Both the position numbers and the translations under genes were made by a program. A stretch of 64,000 bases of DNA from Gammaproteobacteria bacterium (GTDB taxonomy: Bacteria > Pseudomonadota > Gammaproteobacteria > CBDBNL01 > G965229495): assembly GCA_965229495.1 (NCBI GenBank), contig OZ245880.1, positions 2,601,595 to 2,665,594 on the forward strand, read 5' to 3'. Shown in pieces: positions 36,993 to 47,194 of this stretch. Position 1 is the stretch's first letter. Every line of letters starts with the position of its first letter. The notes below the pieces were generated by a model that made no database searches, had not been told where the DNA came from, and saw nothing but the letters and a program-made list of their open reading frames with translations.

Positions 36993-37125
36993 GGGCTCAG
37001 GGTAATTGGGATTGGTGGTAGTATAGCTGATTGTGTTGATGTGCCGGGTAGACGCTTATGGTGGCGTCTTTAGTCGAGTGCAGCTCTTTTCTACGGGCGG
37101 GTGAGGTGTTCGCGGGCGCGGGCGC

Positions 37126-39204
37126 TCAGCGGATTGACAGGGGTATTTTGAGCTGTTGGCCGGAGAGGATGAGGTCGTTGTGCTCGAGTTGGTTGATGTT
37201 CTGCACGGCGGCGACGTCGATGTTGAAGCGCTGGGCGATGCCGGAGATGGTGTCGCCGTTGTCAACTTTGTAGATGGTGTAGGAGGGGAGGTTGGGTTGC
37301 GGTATTAAGATGTTTTCGCCTTCATAGACCATGCCGTCGGTTATGCCGTTGAAGCTGCTGAGTTTGGCGACGCTGATGCCGTGCTTCTGGGCGATGCTGC
37401 CGAGGGTTTCGCCCCATTTGACGGCGTAAACAAAATGGCTGGGGGCGCGGTTGGCCGGGATTTTGATTATCTGATTGGGACGGATGAGGCTGTTGTCAAG
37501 CTGGTTCAGTTCCATGAGTTCGGCGCTGCTGAGGCCGTGGCGCTTGGCGATGCTGTTGAGGTTGTCGCCGCGCTGTACCTGGTATTTGATGTAGGCTTGG
37601 TAGCGGCTCGCGGTTTTGGGGACATACAGCTTCTGCCCGCGGTAGATTTTTTGCTCGCTGTTGATTTGATTCAAGAACATTAATTCACCGATGCTGGCGT
37701 TGTGCGCGAGGGCGATTTCGCTGAGGGTGTCGCCGGCTTGTACGGTTACCGATTGCAGGCGAAAGCGCGGTAGCTTTAGCTGCTGCCCAACGAAGAGTTT
37801 GGGCGAGCTGAGTTCGTTGAGTAGCAGCAGGTAGTTCTGGCTGATGCCGTGCCGCGACGCCAGGCCGCTGAGGGTGTCGCCGCGTTTGACCTGGTATTTG
37901 AAGTAGCTGCTCGGGTCCAGGTTGAGCATGCTCTGCAGCGCGGCGAATTCGGGGGCGCTGCTGGGTGCGGGTTCTTGGGTGTTGTTCGGGGTGGGCCGAG
38001 CGGCGGCGAGGCGCGGGGTCGCGGGGATGCGCTTGGTGGCGTTCAAGTAGGAACGCACGCCGAGGGCGATGGCTTCGGCGTAGCGCCGCTGCTCGTGGCT
38101 TTTGTTGAGTCGCTTAGCTTCTTCGGCATTCGACAGAAAACCCATTTCTATCAGCAGCGAGGGTATGGCGCCCGATTTCAGCACGACGAAGTTGGCGTGC
38201 TGCACTTTCTTGGAGTGTAGCTTGGTGATTTTGCCGAGCTCTTGCAGGATGTGCTTGCCGACCGCTTCGCTGTTGCTGCGAGTGGCTCCTAGAGCTAGCT
38301 CGGCGAGCACTCGGCTGATGTGCGGATTGTTGTCTTCGTAGTCTGCCAGCGCGGCGTATTCGTCGGCTTTGTTTTCTTTCGCCACCAGCATCCGCGTGAA
38401 GGCGCTGTTGGCGCCTTTGTCGGCGAGCCCGAAGACTATGGCGCCTTGGATGCGGCTATCCTGGATGTACGAATTGGCGTGCAGCGACAGGAAGAGGTCG
38501 GCCTGGTTTTGCGCCGCGAACATCCGCCGCTCGAGCAAGGCTAATGATTTATCCCGGTCGCGCGTGATGAGCGCGCGTACGCCGTCGATCTCGTTCAAGC
38601 GCTGGCGCAAGTGCTGCGCGACCGCGAGCACGACGTCTTTCTCAATGACGCCGTTGAGGCTGGCGCCGCGGTCTTCGCCGCCGTGTCCCGGGTCGATGAC
38701 TATGGTGTAGTAGTTCGATTTCTGCTCCGCTGGCGGTAGGCTTAGCTGCTGCGGGTAGGCGTTGCGGATGTCGAGCACCAGGCGTTGCGAGTGCACATCG
38801 TTGGGGAGTAGGGCGGTTACCGATGCCGAATAACCGTCGCGGAAGTCGACGCTGATGCTGGGCTTGCTGCCGCTGCGGATTTCGAGCTTGGTGATGGGGC
38901 TATCGGCGGGGAGGCGCGGGCGCGGTAATTGCGCGGCGAGCGCGGCGTTGCTCAGGGCGAGCGTGGCGCTGTTGGCGTCGTTGCTAAAGCTGTAAAAAGC
39001 CCGAGCGCTGAGCTCGAGGATGACGCGCGTGCCCTCCGAGCTTTCGTCGACGCGGATGCCGGTGACGCGCGTGGCGTCGTCGCTGCTGGTGGCGAGAGCC
39101 AAGCTGCTAGCCAATAGCGTCAGCAGCGTGGCGCCGAGCGCCAGGCCGAGCTTGGTTATCGGTGTGAATGTTGTTGAGCTGTTCCGACTGGAGTTGAAGA
39201 ACAT
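37126..39204 (-). CDS. amiB: N-acetylmuramoyl-L-alanine amidase with AMIN-like domain and five LysM domains
   Basis: IDPGHGGED, EKDVVL, SLHAN, LIEMGFLSN; five VxxGDTL-type LysM repeats; downstream of tsaE. Confidence 0.85.
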   Translation of the reverse strand: MFFNSSRNSSTTFTPITKLGLALGATLLTLLASSLALATSSDDATRVTGIRVDESSEGTRVILELSARAFYSFSNDANSATLALSNAALAAQLPRPRLPADSPITKLEIRSGSKPSISVDFRDGYSASVTALLPNDVHSQRLVLDIRNAYPQQLSLPPAEQKSNYYTIVIDPGHGGEDRGASLNGVIEKDVVLAVAQHLRQRLNEIDGVRALITRDRDKSLALLERRMFAAQNQADLFLSLHANSYIQDSRIQGAIVFGLADKGANSAFTRMLVAKENKADEYAALADYEDNNPHISRVLAELALGATRSNSEAVGKHILQELGKITKLHSKKVQHANFVVLKSGAIPSLLIEMGFLSNAEEAKRLNKSHEQRRYAEAIALGVRSYLNATKRIPATPRLAAARPTPNNTQEPAPSSAPEFAALQSMLNLDPSSYFKYQVKRGDTLSGLASRHGISQNYLLLLNELSSPKLFVGQQLKLPRFRLQSVTVQAGDTLSEIALAHNASIGELMFLNQINSEQKIYRGQKLYVPKTASRYQAYIKYQVQRGDNLNSIAKRHGLSSAELMELNQLDNSLIRPNQIIKIPANRAPSHFVYAVKWGETLGSIAQKHGISVAKLSSFNGITDGMVYEGENILIPQPNLPSYTIYKVDNGDTISGIAQRFNIDVAAVQNINQLEHNDLILSGQQLKIPLSIR

Positions 39205-39235
39205 CGCTGGTGGGACAAGGGCACTGTGACTACGG

Positions 39236-39277
39236 TAGAGCTGCTAGGCTATAGAGCCGCTAGGCTATAGAGCCGCG
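39236..39277. repeat. 16-nt tandem repeat TAGAGCYGCTAGGCTA x2.6 between tsaE and amiB
   Basis: tagagctgctaggcta tagagccgctaggcta tagagccgcg. Confidence 0.8.
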
Positions 39278-39294
39278 AGGGTGGAGCTCTGGTT

Positions 39295-39798
39295 TTAGCT
39301 AATGCTTGTAGCTTGGAGTGCGCTTATCGCCTTATCGGAATGCGCCGTTAGCTTAAGATTACGACGGTCGTGGGCAGTGATGGTAAATTCGATGCTCAGA
39401 TCTGCTGCTGGAGTCAAGTCGGCGCCTTGCTGCGGCCACTCTATTAACAGTAGCAGCGGCGAGTACGCTTGGTATTCTTCAAGCCCCAAGTGCAGGATTT
39501 CGCTCGCTTGGTTGAGGCGGTAGAGGTCGACGTGGCAGATTTGCCAGTGCTGCCAGGTGTAAGGCTCGAGCAGGGTGTAGGTCGGGCTTTTGACCCGAGC
39601 TTCGACGCCAATGGCCGCGAGCAGCTTTTGGCAGAAGGTGGTTTTGCCGCTGCCAAGGTCGCCGACCAAGTGCAGGCAGATGCTGCGCGGCTCGGCTTTC
39701 AGGCTTTGGGCGAGGCGCTGGCAGAGATCGTGCAGGTCGCTCAAGCTGAGGTTGTCGGCGGTTTTTGTGCAGGCGTTGTCCGTGCTGGCGCTGCTCAA
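39295..39798 (-). CDS. tsaE: tRNA threonylcarbamoyladenosine biosynthesis ATPase
   Basis: GDLGSGKTTF, VKSPTYTLLEPY, HVDLYRL, IEWP. Confidence 0.95.
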   Translation of the reverse strand: MSSASTDNACTKTADNLSLSDLHDLCQRLAQSLKAEPRSICLHLVGDLGSGKTTFCQKLLAAIGVEARVKSPTYTLLEPYTWQHWQICHVDLYRLNQASEILHLGLEEYQAYSPLLLLIEWPQQGADLTPAADLSIEFTITAHDRRNLKLTAHSDKAISALQATSIS

Positions 39799-40706
39799 GC
39801 TACGACCTCGTAACCAGCGTTGGCTAGCGCTGCCACCAGAGTTTTATGACCGATGCAGGCGTACTCGTAAGGCGGCGCCAGGCTTGGGTCTTGCTCGGCT
39901 TCGACCACGAACCAGCCTTGGTAGTTATTGGCTGCCAGGCGCTCGACGATGGCAGTGAAGTCCAGGCTGCCATCGCCCGGGACGGTGAAGGCGCCGCGTA
40001 GCACGGCGTCGAGGAAGCTGTCGCTATTGCGGTCTAATTGCTGCAGGACGTTTTGGCGCACGTCTTTGGTGTGCACGTGTTTGATGCGCGCGCCGTGCTT
40101 GTCGATCACGCGCAAGACGTCGCCGCCGGCGAACGCCAGGTGCCCCGGGTCGTAGAGCAAATACACGGCTTCGCCGGTGTAGTTCATCAGCACGTCGAGG
40201 TCGTGCTCGGTTTCGATGGCGGTGCCCATGTGATGGTGGAAGGCTATGGGCATGCCCTGATCAGCGCACCATTCGGCGAAGCGCGTCAGCTTGCGGCCGT
40301 AAACTCGTATCTCTTGGACGCTCAGGCTGCGGCGACTCGCCAGAGGCGCTTGGGGTTTGTTCTGGATGGTGCCGGCGGTTTCGCCGTACACCAGGCACGG
40401 CGCTTGCAAGTCGCGAAATAATTCCAGCTGCGGCCAGACTTGGTCTTGCTCGGCTTTGATGTCGTTATCGAGCATCGTGCCGCAATACCAACCGCCGCAA
40501 AGCTGCAGCTTGTGCGCTTGCAGTATTGGTTGGAGCTCGGAGCTGGTCTTGGGAAATTTGCCACCGGTCTCAACGCCGCTAAAGCCGGCGCGGTGGGCGT
40601 CTTGCAGGCAGACTTCTAAGGGTGTGTCGCCGCCGAGCTCGGGTAGGTCGTCGTTCGACCAGGCTATGGGCGCTATGCCCAAGCGCGCTTGTAGAGATGC
40701 GCTCAT
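39795..40706 (-). CDS. iolE: Myo-inosose-2 dehydratase; start re-assigned to 40706 (ATGA overlap with iolD)
   Basis: GIAPIAWSNDDLP, FHHHMGT, HVHTKDVR, FTVPGDG, VVEAEQDP. Confidence 0.93.
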   Translation of the reverse strand: MSASLQARLGIAPIAWSNDDLPELGGDTPLEVCLQDAHRAGFSGVETGGKFPKTSSELQPILQAHKLQLCGGWYCGTMLDNDIKAEQDQVWPQLELFRDLQAPCLVYGETAGTIQNKPQAPLASRRSLSVQEIRVYGRKLTRFAEWCADQGMPIAFHHHMGTAIETEHDLDVLMNYTGEAVYLLYDPGHLAFAGGDVLRVIDKHGARIKHVHTKDVRQNVLQQLDRNSDSFLDAVLRGAFTVPGDGSLDFTAIVERLAANNYQGWFVVEAEQDPSLAPPYEYACIGHKTLVAALANAGYEVVA

Positions 40707-42553
40707 ACGCCTATTCTCTGCTTGCGGCGGATTTTCTCGTGCTCGGCGCGCGCGGCGCGGACTTCGGCGCGCTTGCTGACTTCGGGTACGCCAACGTCCC
40801 AATCGGCGTCGCCGGGCGTCCAAGTGTAGGCGTCGGTGGCGATGCTGATGACGGTGGTGCGGTCGTTGCTGCGCGCCCAATCGAGGGCTTGGCGCAATTC
40901 GTCGATGCTTTGCACTTCGCGAGCTAGAGCGCCCATGGATTCGGCGTGCTGGACGAAGTCGACGCCGAAGTTGCGCACGATGCGCGAGTCTTTAATAAGG
41001 TTGTTAAAAGACGCGCTGCCTTTGAAATTCTGCAGGCGGTTGATGACCGCGTAGCCGCCGTTGTCGCAAACGACTACGATCATTTTGTGGCCGCTGAGCA
41101 CGCTGGAGTAAATATCCGAGTTCATCATTAAGTAGGAGCCGTCGCCGAGCAGGACGAAGGTTTCGTGCTTGCCGTCCGCTGCCATCGCCGCGCCCCAGCC
41201 GCCGGCTAATTCGTAGCCCATGCACGAATAGCCGAACTCGCAATCGTAAGTGTTGGGGCTTTTGACGCGCCAGCCTTTGGTGGTCTCACCTGGGAGGCCG
41301 CCGGCAGCGGTGACCATGACGTCGTTATCCTCAGCTTTGGCGTTGACCGCGCCGACTACTTGGGCGTAAGTGGTGGTTTGCTCGTCGCCGGGTTTTTGCT
41401 GGAGGTCGAGCAGGCTGTTCCATTCCTGGAATCTTTCCTTGGCGCGAGACAGCCATTTGGGGTCTGCCATCCAACCGGCGAGCGCGGTGTTCAATTCTTC
41501 AACTACTTCGAGGGCGTCGCCGACCAGCGAGAAGGCTTGGTGTTTGTTGGCGTCCCAGCGCGCGGTGTTGATGCTGACTATCTTGGTCTGCTGCGAGAAT
41601 ACCGTCCACGAGCCGGTGGTGAAGTCCTGCAACCTGGTGCCCACGGCGATAACCAAGTCGGCGATGGCAGCGGTGGCGTTGGCCGAGCTTGAGCCGATGA
41701 CGCCTAGCGGGCCGACGTGCGCTGGGTGGTCGTGAGTCAGCGAGCCTTTGCCGGCGATGGTCTCGACTATGGGGATGTTGCGTTTCAGCGCCATTTCGGC
41801 AAGGACATTGGCAGCTTGCGAATAACGCACGCCGCCGCCCGAGATGATGAGCGGGTAGCGCGATTTGCGGATCAAGCGTACTGCCTCAAACAGCGCGGCT
41901 TTATCGGGGCGCGGCCTGGGGATGGTGTGCGTCTTGGGATCGAAGAATTCTTCCGGGTAATCGAAGGCGAGCTCTTGGGTATCCTGGCACAAGCCGATAA
42001 ACGCTGGACCGCAATCGGCTGGGTCGAGCATGGTCGCCACCGCTTGCGGCAGCGAGCTTATGATCTGCTCGGGGTGGGTGATGCGGTCCCAATAGCGGGT
42101 TACCGGGCGAAAGGCGTCGTTGACAGTAACGCTCGGCGCGCCGAAATTCTCAATCTGTTGCAGAACTGGGTCTGGTCGTCTATTGGCGAAGCTGTCGCCG
42201 GCGAGCATTAGGATGGGTAGGCGGTTGGCGTGCGCCAGCGCGGCGGCGGTTACCATATTGGTCGCCCCTGGGCCGATGGAGCTGGTCGCGACCATGATCT
42301 GACGGCGAAGCTTGGCTTTGGCGTAAGCTATGGCGGCTAGCGCCATGGCTTGCTCGTTTTGCCCGCGCCAGGTCGGTAATTTGTCTTGGACTTCGTGCAA
42401 CGCTTCGCCGAGGCAGGTTACGTTGCCGTGGCCGAATATGCCAAATACCCCAGCGAACAAGGGTTGCTGCTGTTTATCAATCTCGATAAATTGATTGCTC
42501 AAATAACGCACCAGGGCTTGAGCTGTCGTCAGTTTTAGTCTTTCTCTTTTCAT
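40703..42553 (-). CDS. iolD: 3D-(3,5/4)-trihydroxycyclohexane-1,2-dione acylhydrolase
   Basis: IFGHGNV, NEQAMA, SIGPGATN, PDPVLQQ, GYSCMGYE, GDGSYLM. Confidence 0.95.
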   Translation of the reverse strand: MKRERLKLTTAQALVRYLSNQFIEIDKQQQPLFAGVFGIFGHGNVTCLGEALHEVQDKLPTWRGQNEQAMALAAIAYAKAKLRRQIMVATSSIGPGATNMVTAAALAHANRLPILMLAGDSFANRRPDPVLQQIENFGAPSVTVNDAFRPVTRYWDRITHPEQIISSLPQAVATMLDPADCGPAFIGLCQDTQELAFDYPEEFFDPKTHTIPRPRPDKAALFEAVRLIRKSRYPLIISGGGVRYSQAANVLAEMALKRNIPIVETIAGKGSLTHDHPAHVGPLGVIGSSSANATAAIADLVIAVGTRLQDFTTGSWTVFSQQTKIVSINTARWDANKHQAFSLVGDALEVVEELNTALAGWMADPKWLSRAKERFQEWNSLLDLQQKPGDEQTTTYAQVVGAVNAKAEDNDVMVTAAGGLPGETTKGWRVKSPNTYDCEFGYSCMGYELAGGWGAAMAADGKHETFVLLGDGSYLMMNSDIYSSVLSGHKMIVVVCDNGGYAVINRLQNFKGSASFNNLIKDSRIVRNFGVDFVQHAESMGALAREVQSIDELRQALDWARSNDRTTVISIATDAYTWTPGDADWDVGVPEVSKRAEVRAARAEHEKIRRKQRIGV

Positions 42554-42745
42554 GATGGGTATCGCTGTGGTTTGGTAGGGGTGTGGATTATAGGGCAGGG
42601 CGGCAAGATTAGATTAGCGGCGCGAGCTTAGATTGTGCCCAATCTGCCTGAATTAGCTTAGCTACATGCTAGTGGATAAAATGCGCGCTCACTGTATAGA
42701 TGGCGGCAAGATGTGTTTGTCGCTGGCAATTTTAGGAGTCCCACT

Positions 42746-45403
42746 ATGAGCAACAATAGTTTTGTCGCAGCGCAAACGCTGCAACACGACGGTAACAATT
42801 ACCGCTATTTTGACCCCAGCGCGGTCGCCGGTTCCGAGCGCTTATCTTTCGCGCATCGGATTTTATTAGAAAATTTGCTGCGCTACGAGGACGGCAAGAC
42901 CGTAAGCAAGTCCGATATTGAGGCTTTGCTGAAAGCTGGGCTTGGAGAGGGTCCAGCGCAAGAGATCGCCTATAGACCAGCCCGAGTGCTGATGCAGGAT
43001 TTTACCGGCGTGCCGGCGATGGTCGACCTGGCGACGATGCGCGACGCCATGGAGAAGATCGGCGGTGACCCGAAGAAGATCAACCCTTTGACGCCGGTGG
43101 AGCTGGTAATCGACCACTCGGTGCAAGTCGACGTCTACGGCGAGGCCAGCGCGCTGCAGACCAACACTGACTTGGAGTACCAGCGCAACGCCGAGCGTTA
43201 TCAATTTTTGAAGTGGGGCCAACAAGCTTTTGGCAATCTGAAGGTCGTGCCCCCGGGTGCTGGTATCTGCCACCAGGTTAATCTGGAAACCCTGGCGCGC
43301 GTGGCTTTTGCCGCCGACAGCGACGGCGGTGCGCAGGTCTATCCCGATACGGTAGTCGGCACCGATTCGCACACCACTATGATCAATGGCCTCGGCGTGC
43401 TCGGTTGGGGCGTCGGCGGTATCGAAGCCGAAGCTGCGATGCTCGGTCAGCCCATTTCTATGCTCGTACCGAAAGTCGTCGGCTTCAAGCTCAGCGGCGC
43501 GCTGCCCGCTGGCGTTACTGCCACCGACTTAGTGCTCACGGTTACGCAAATGTTGCGCGCGCACGGAGTTGTCGGTAAATTCGTCGAGTTCTACGGTCCC
43601 GGTGTCGCCAGCTTGAGCCTCGCCGACAGAGCTACCCTCGCCAATATGGCGCCCGAGTACGGCGCTACTTGCGGCTTCTTCCCAGTCGATAACGAAACGC
43701 TGCGCTATCTGCGCTTGAGCAATCGCCCCGAGTCCTCGGTGCAATTGGTCGAGAAGTATTACCGCGCCATTGGCATGTTCTACGATAAGCCCGAGCAGCA
43801 CGATATCTACTACCCCGAGCAACTAGAGCTCGACATGTCGACCATCGAGCTCAGCTTGGCTGGCCCCAAGCGTCCGCAGGATAAGATCTTGCTGCCCGAC
43901 GTTGGCAAAGTTTTCCAAGAAAATATCGAGCTCAGCCATAGCTCCATGCGCAGCAGCGAGCCTTTAGAAAATAAAGGCGAGCAATTCCAGCTCAGCGACG
44001 GCGACGTCGTCATCGCCGCCATCACTTCTTGCACCAACACCTCCAACCCAGCAGTGATGATGGGCGCGGGATTATTAGCGCAAGCGGCGCTGGCGCGCGG
44101 ACTCAAGGTCAAGCCCTGGGTGAAGACGTCGCTGGCGCCCGGCTCCAAAGTGGTAACCAGTTACCTGGTGCAATCGGGCTTGCTGTCGAGCTTGGAGCAG
44201 TTGGGCTTTAACGTCGTCGGTTACGGTTGCACCACCTGCATCGGTAACTCGGGACCGCTCGACGGCGCGGTCTCCAAAGCTATCGGCGATAGTGAGCTTA
44301 GCGTCGCCGCTGTGCTCTCGGGTAACCGCAACTTCGAGGGCCGCGTGCACCCCGAAGTCAAAATGAACTTCCTGGCGTCGCCGCCGTTGGTCGTGGCCTT
44401 TGCCCTCGCTGGCAGCGTCAATATCGACCTGCGCAAGCAACCCTTGGGTCAAGACAGCGCGGGCAAGGACGTGTTCTTGAGCGATATTTGGCCTAGTGGC
44501 GAGCAGTTGCGCGAGTTAGTCGGCTCTTGCATCACGCAAGCGCAATTCGCTGAGACTTACGACGAGATATTTACTGGCGACTCGGCTTGGCAGGCGATGC
44601 CGATCAACGCTGGGCAGATTTACCAGTGGCAAGGCGATTCGACTTATGTGCGCAAGGCGCCGTTCTTCGACGCTATGGGCGCCGAACGCAGCGCTGTCGA
44701 GAGCATAAGCGGCGCGCGTGTGCTGGCCTTGCTCGGCGACTCGGTTACTACCGACCACATCTCGCCCGCAGGCTCCATCGCCAAAGACTCGCCGGCTGCG
44801 GACTATCTGCGCGAGCAGGGTGTCGCCGCTGCCGACTTTAACTCTTATGGCTCGCGCCGCGGCAACCACGAGATTATGATGCGCGGCACCTTCGCCAATA
44901 TCCGCTTGCGCAACCAATTGGCGCCTGGCACCGAGGGCGGCATAACTCGGCACATGCCCAGCGGCGAGCAGATGAGCATCTTTGCTGCGGCGATGCGCTA
45001 TCAAGAGGACGGCGTGCCGGCGATCGTCATCGCTGGCAAAGAATACGGCACTGGTTCGTCGCGCGACTGGGCGGCAAAAGGGCCGAAGCTACTCGGGGTG
45101 CAAGCCGCAATCGCCGAGAGCTTTGAGCGCATCCACCGCACCAACCTGGTCGGCATGGGCATCTTGCCGCTGCAATTCCAAGACGGCGCCAACGCCGCCA
45201 GCTTGGGGCTGGATGGCAGCGAGAGCTTTACCATCAACGGCATAGCCGACGGCGCCAGCGACGTGGTTACAGTAATAGCCACTAAGCTTAATGGTCAGCA
45301 AACCAAATTCTCGGCTACCGTGCGCATCGATACGCCGCAGGAAGTCGAGTACTTCCGCGCTGGCGGTATTTTGCAGTACGTGCTGCAGAAGCTGGCAGCC
45401 TAA
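42746..45403 (+). CDS. acnA: Aconitate hydratase A; start 42746 after AGGAG
   Basis: RVLMQDFTGVP, DHSVQVD, GTDSHTT, AAITSCTNTSNP, GCTTCIGNSG, SRRGNHE, GSSRDWAAKG. Confidence 0.97.
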   Translation: MSNNSFVAAQTLQHDGNNYRYFDPSAVAGSERLSFAHRILLENLLRYEDGKTVSKSDIEALLKAGLGEGPAQEIAYRPARVLMQDFTGVPAMVDLATMRDAMEKIGGDPKKINPLTPVELVIDHSVQVDVYGEASALQTNTDLEYQRNAERYQFLKWGQQAFGNLKVVPPGAGICHQVNLETLARVAFAADSDGGAQVYPDTVVGTDSHTTMINGLGVLGWGVGGIEAEAAMLGQPISMLVPKVVGFKLSGALPAGVTATDLVLTVTQMLRAHGVVGKFVEFYGPGVASLSLADRATLANMAPEYGATCGFFPVDNETLRYLRLSNRPESSVQLVEKYYRAIGMFYDKPEQHDIYYPEQLELDMSTIELSLAGPKRPQDKILLPDVGKVFQENIELSHSSMRSSEPLENKGEQFQLSDGDVVIAAITSCTNTSNPAVMMGAGLLAQAALARGLKVKPWVKTSLAPGSKVVTSYLVQSGLLSSLEQLGFNVVGYGCTTCIGNSGPLDGAVSKAIGDSELSVAAVLSGNRNFEGRVHPEVKMNFLASPPLVVAFALAGSVNIDLRKQPLGQDSAGKDVFLSDIWPSGEQLRELVGSCITQAQFAETYDEIFTGDSAWQAMPINAGQIYQWQGDSTYVRKAPFFDAMGAERSAVESISGARVLALLGDSVTTDHISPAGSIAKDSPAADYLREQGVAAADFNSYGSRRGNHEIMMRGTFANIRLRNQLAPGTEGGITRHMPSGEQMSIFAAAMRYQEDGVPAIVIAGKEYGTGSSRDWAAKGPKLLGVQAAIAESFERIHRTNLVGMGILPLQFQDGANAASLGLDGSESFTINGIADGASDVVTVIATKLNGQQTKFSATVRIDTPQEVEYFRAGGILQYVLQKLAA

Positions 45404-45422
45404 CCTACTGTAGTTGCGCACC

Positions 45423-47144
45423 ATGCCCTCATCCGCACTGAGCAAGCTGCGCCAGTGGCTGAAAAAGCAAGAGCTGGACGCGATATATTTGCCGCGCACC
45501 GACGAATACGGTAACGAAAATCTGCGTCCCGAGCACGAGCGCATAGCTTGGCTCACCGGTTTCAGCGGTAGCGCTGGCACTCTGGTAGTTAGTCAAGAGG
45601 CGGCGGTGTTATTCGTCGATGGTCGCTACGAGCTGCAAGCCAAGCGCCAGTTACTATCGGGTTTTGAATCCGTGGCTTTGCGCGAGCAAAAGCCCGAGGC
45701 TTGGCTGTGCGCTAATATGGCGGCGGGCGCGCGTGTTGGCTGTCCGCAAGAGCTTTTGAGTCATGAGCATCAGCGTCGTCTAAGCTCGGAACTGGAGCGC
45801 GGTTGTTTGCGCTTAGAGCTCTGCGCTGAGCATCCCATCGATAAACTCTGGCGTCAGCGTCCAGCAGCGAGTATCGGTAAATATATCCATCTGCAACGTG
45901 CGACCCACGGCCACGATGCTGAAGATAAGATCGAGCTCATCCGCCAATGGTTAGAGCAGCGCGAACTCGACGCTGTTTTCGTTAGCGCCGCCGATTCCGT
46001 CAGTTGGCTGCTTAATCTTCGTAGCAACACCGTGCCTTATTCGCTGGTGGCTTTGGCGCGAGCCTTGGTGACTCGCGATGGTGATTGCCTATTATTTGCC
46101 GAGCAAAAACCGAATCCGAATCGGCTTTTTGATAGTCATTTCGATTACCTGCCTAGTGATAAATTGAGCTCTACCTTAAGTAAATTCAAAGACAAAGTAG
46201 TAGCCTACGATCCGAGTAGTTGCCCTTGCGTTGTCAGCATCGGCGCGCGCTGGCAAGAGCACGCCGATCCTTGTGCGCCGCTCAAAGCCTGTAAAAACGA
46301 GATCGAGATCGAGGGTATGCGTACTGCCCACGACTACGAATGCTTGGTTTGGCTGCGTATTTTGCGCTGGCTGGGTCAGCAGGAGAACGGCGTTTACGAG
46401 GCTGAGGTCGAGGAAAAAATCCTGGAGACGCGCGGTCAACTACCGGAATACGTCTGCGAGAGCTTTGCCGCCATCATCGCCAGCGGCCCTAATGGCGCCA
46501 GCGCGCATTACCGCCATCAAGGTCAAGGTCGCTACATCAAGCGCGACGATGTCGTATTGATTGACAGCGGTGCGCATTACACCTGCGGCACCACCGATTG
46601 CACTCGCACTGTGGCTTTTGGCGAGCCCAGCGCTGAGCTCAAGCTGTCTTTCACTCAAGTACTGCAAGCGCACATCGCGCTGGCACAACAGGCCTTTCCT
46701 CGCGGAACCACTGGCGCCCAGTTGGACATTCTGGCCCGAGCCCGACTCTGGCTCGAAGGTCGCGATTATCAGCACGGCACTGGTCATGGCGTTGGTTGTT
46801 GCTTGAACGTCCACGAAACGCCGCCGAGCATTTCCCCCATCAGCACCAGCGTCTTGGAGCCAGGCATGATCCTTTCCATAGAGCCCGGCTACTACCAAGC
46901 CAACGCCTACGGCATTCGCTTGGAAAATCTCTACCTGGTTTGCGAGCACAAAAAGCATCCGGAGTATCTCGGCTTCCAAAGCCTGACCAGCGTACCTTTC
47001 GACTTGAAGATGATAGATAGCAAAATCCTCGCTCCCAGCGACATGGACTGGATAGAAGAATACAACTATGCCGCCCTCGACACCGCCGACAGAATGCTCA
47101 ATAAGCTCACCGGCGAAACTGGCAGCGACGATGACGACGACTGA
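45423..47144 (+). CDS. Xaa-Pro aminopeptidase (M24B, aminopeptidase P family)
   Basis: TGFSGSAG, FVDGRY, DSGAHY..GTTDCTRT, HGTGHGVG..LNVHE, EPGYY, GIRLEN. Confidence 0.92.
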   Translation: MPSSALSKLRQWLKKQELDAIYLPRTDEYGNENLRPEHERIAWLTGFSGSAGTLVVSQEAAVLFVDGRYELQAKRQLLSGFESVALREQKPEAWLCANMAAGARVGCPQELLSHEHQRRLSSELERGCLRLELCAEHPIDKLWRQRPAASIGKYIHLQRATHGHDAEDKIELIRQWLEQRELDAVFVSAADSVSWLLNLRSNTVPYSLVALARALVTRDGDCLLFAEQKPNPNRLFDSHFDYLPSDKLSSTLSKFKDKVVAYDPSSCPCVVSIGARWQEHADPCAPLKACKNEIEIEGMRTAHDYECLVWLRILRWLGQQENGVYEAEVEEKILETRGQLPEYVCESFAAIIASGPNGASAHYRHQGQGRYIKRDDVVLIDSGAHYTCGTTDCTRTVAFGEPSAELKLSFTQVLQAHIALAQQAFPRGTTGAQLDILARARLWLEGRDYQHGTGHGVGCCLNVHETPPSISPISTSVLEPGMILSIEPGYYQANAYGIRLENLYLVCEHKKHPEYLGFQSLTSVPFDLKMIDSKILAPSDMDWIEEYNYAALDTADRMLNKLTGETGSDDDDD

Positions 47145-47194
47145 AGAGCCTTACTATTAAGTGCACACTGCTCTGAGCTGAGAAAGAACTATAA

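Noticed and set aside
40707-40880. Arg-rich N-terminal extension of iolE
   Set aside because: Overlaps iolD in another frame; ATGA coupling at 40703-40706 gives the real start
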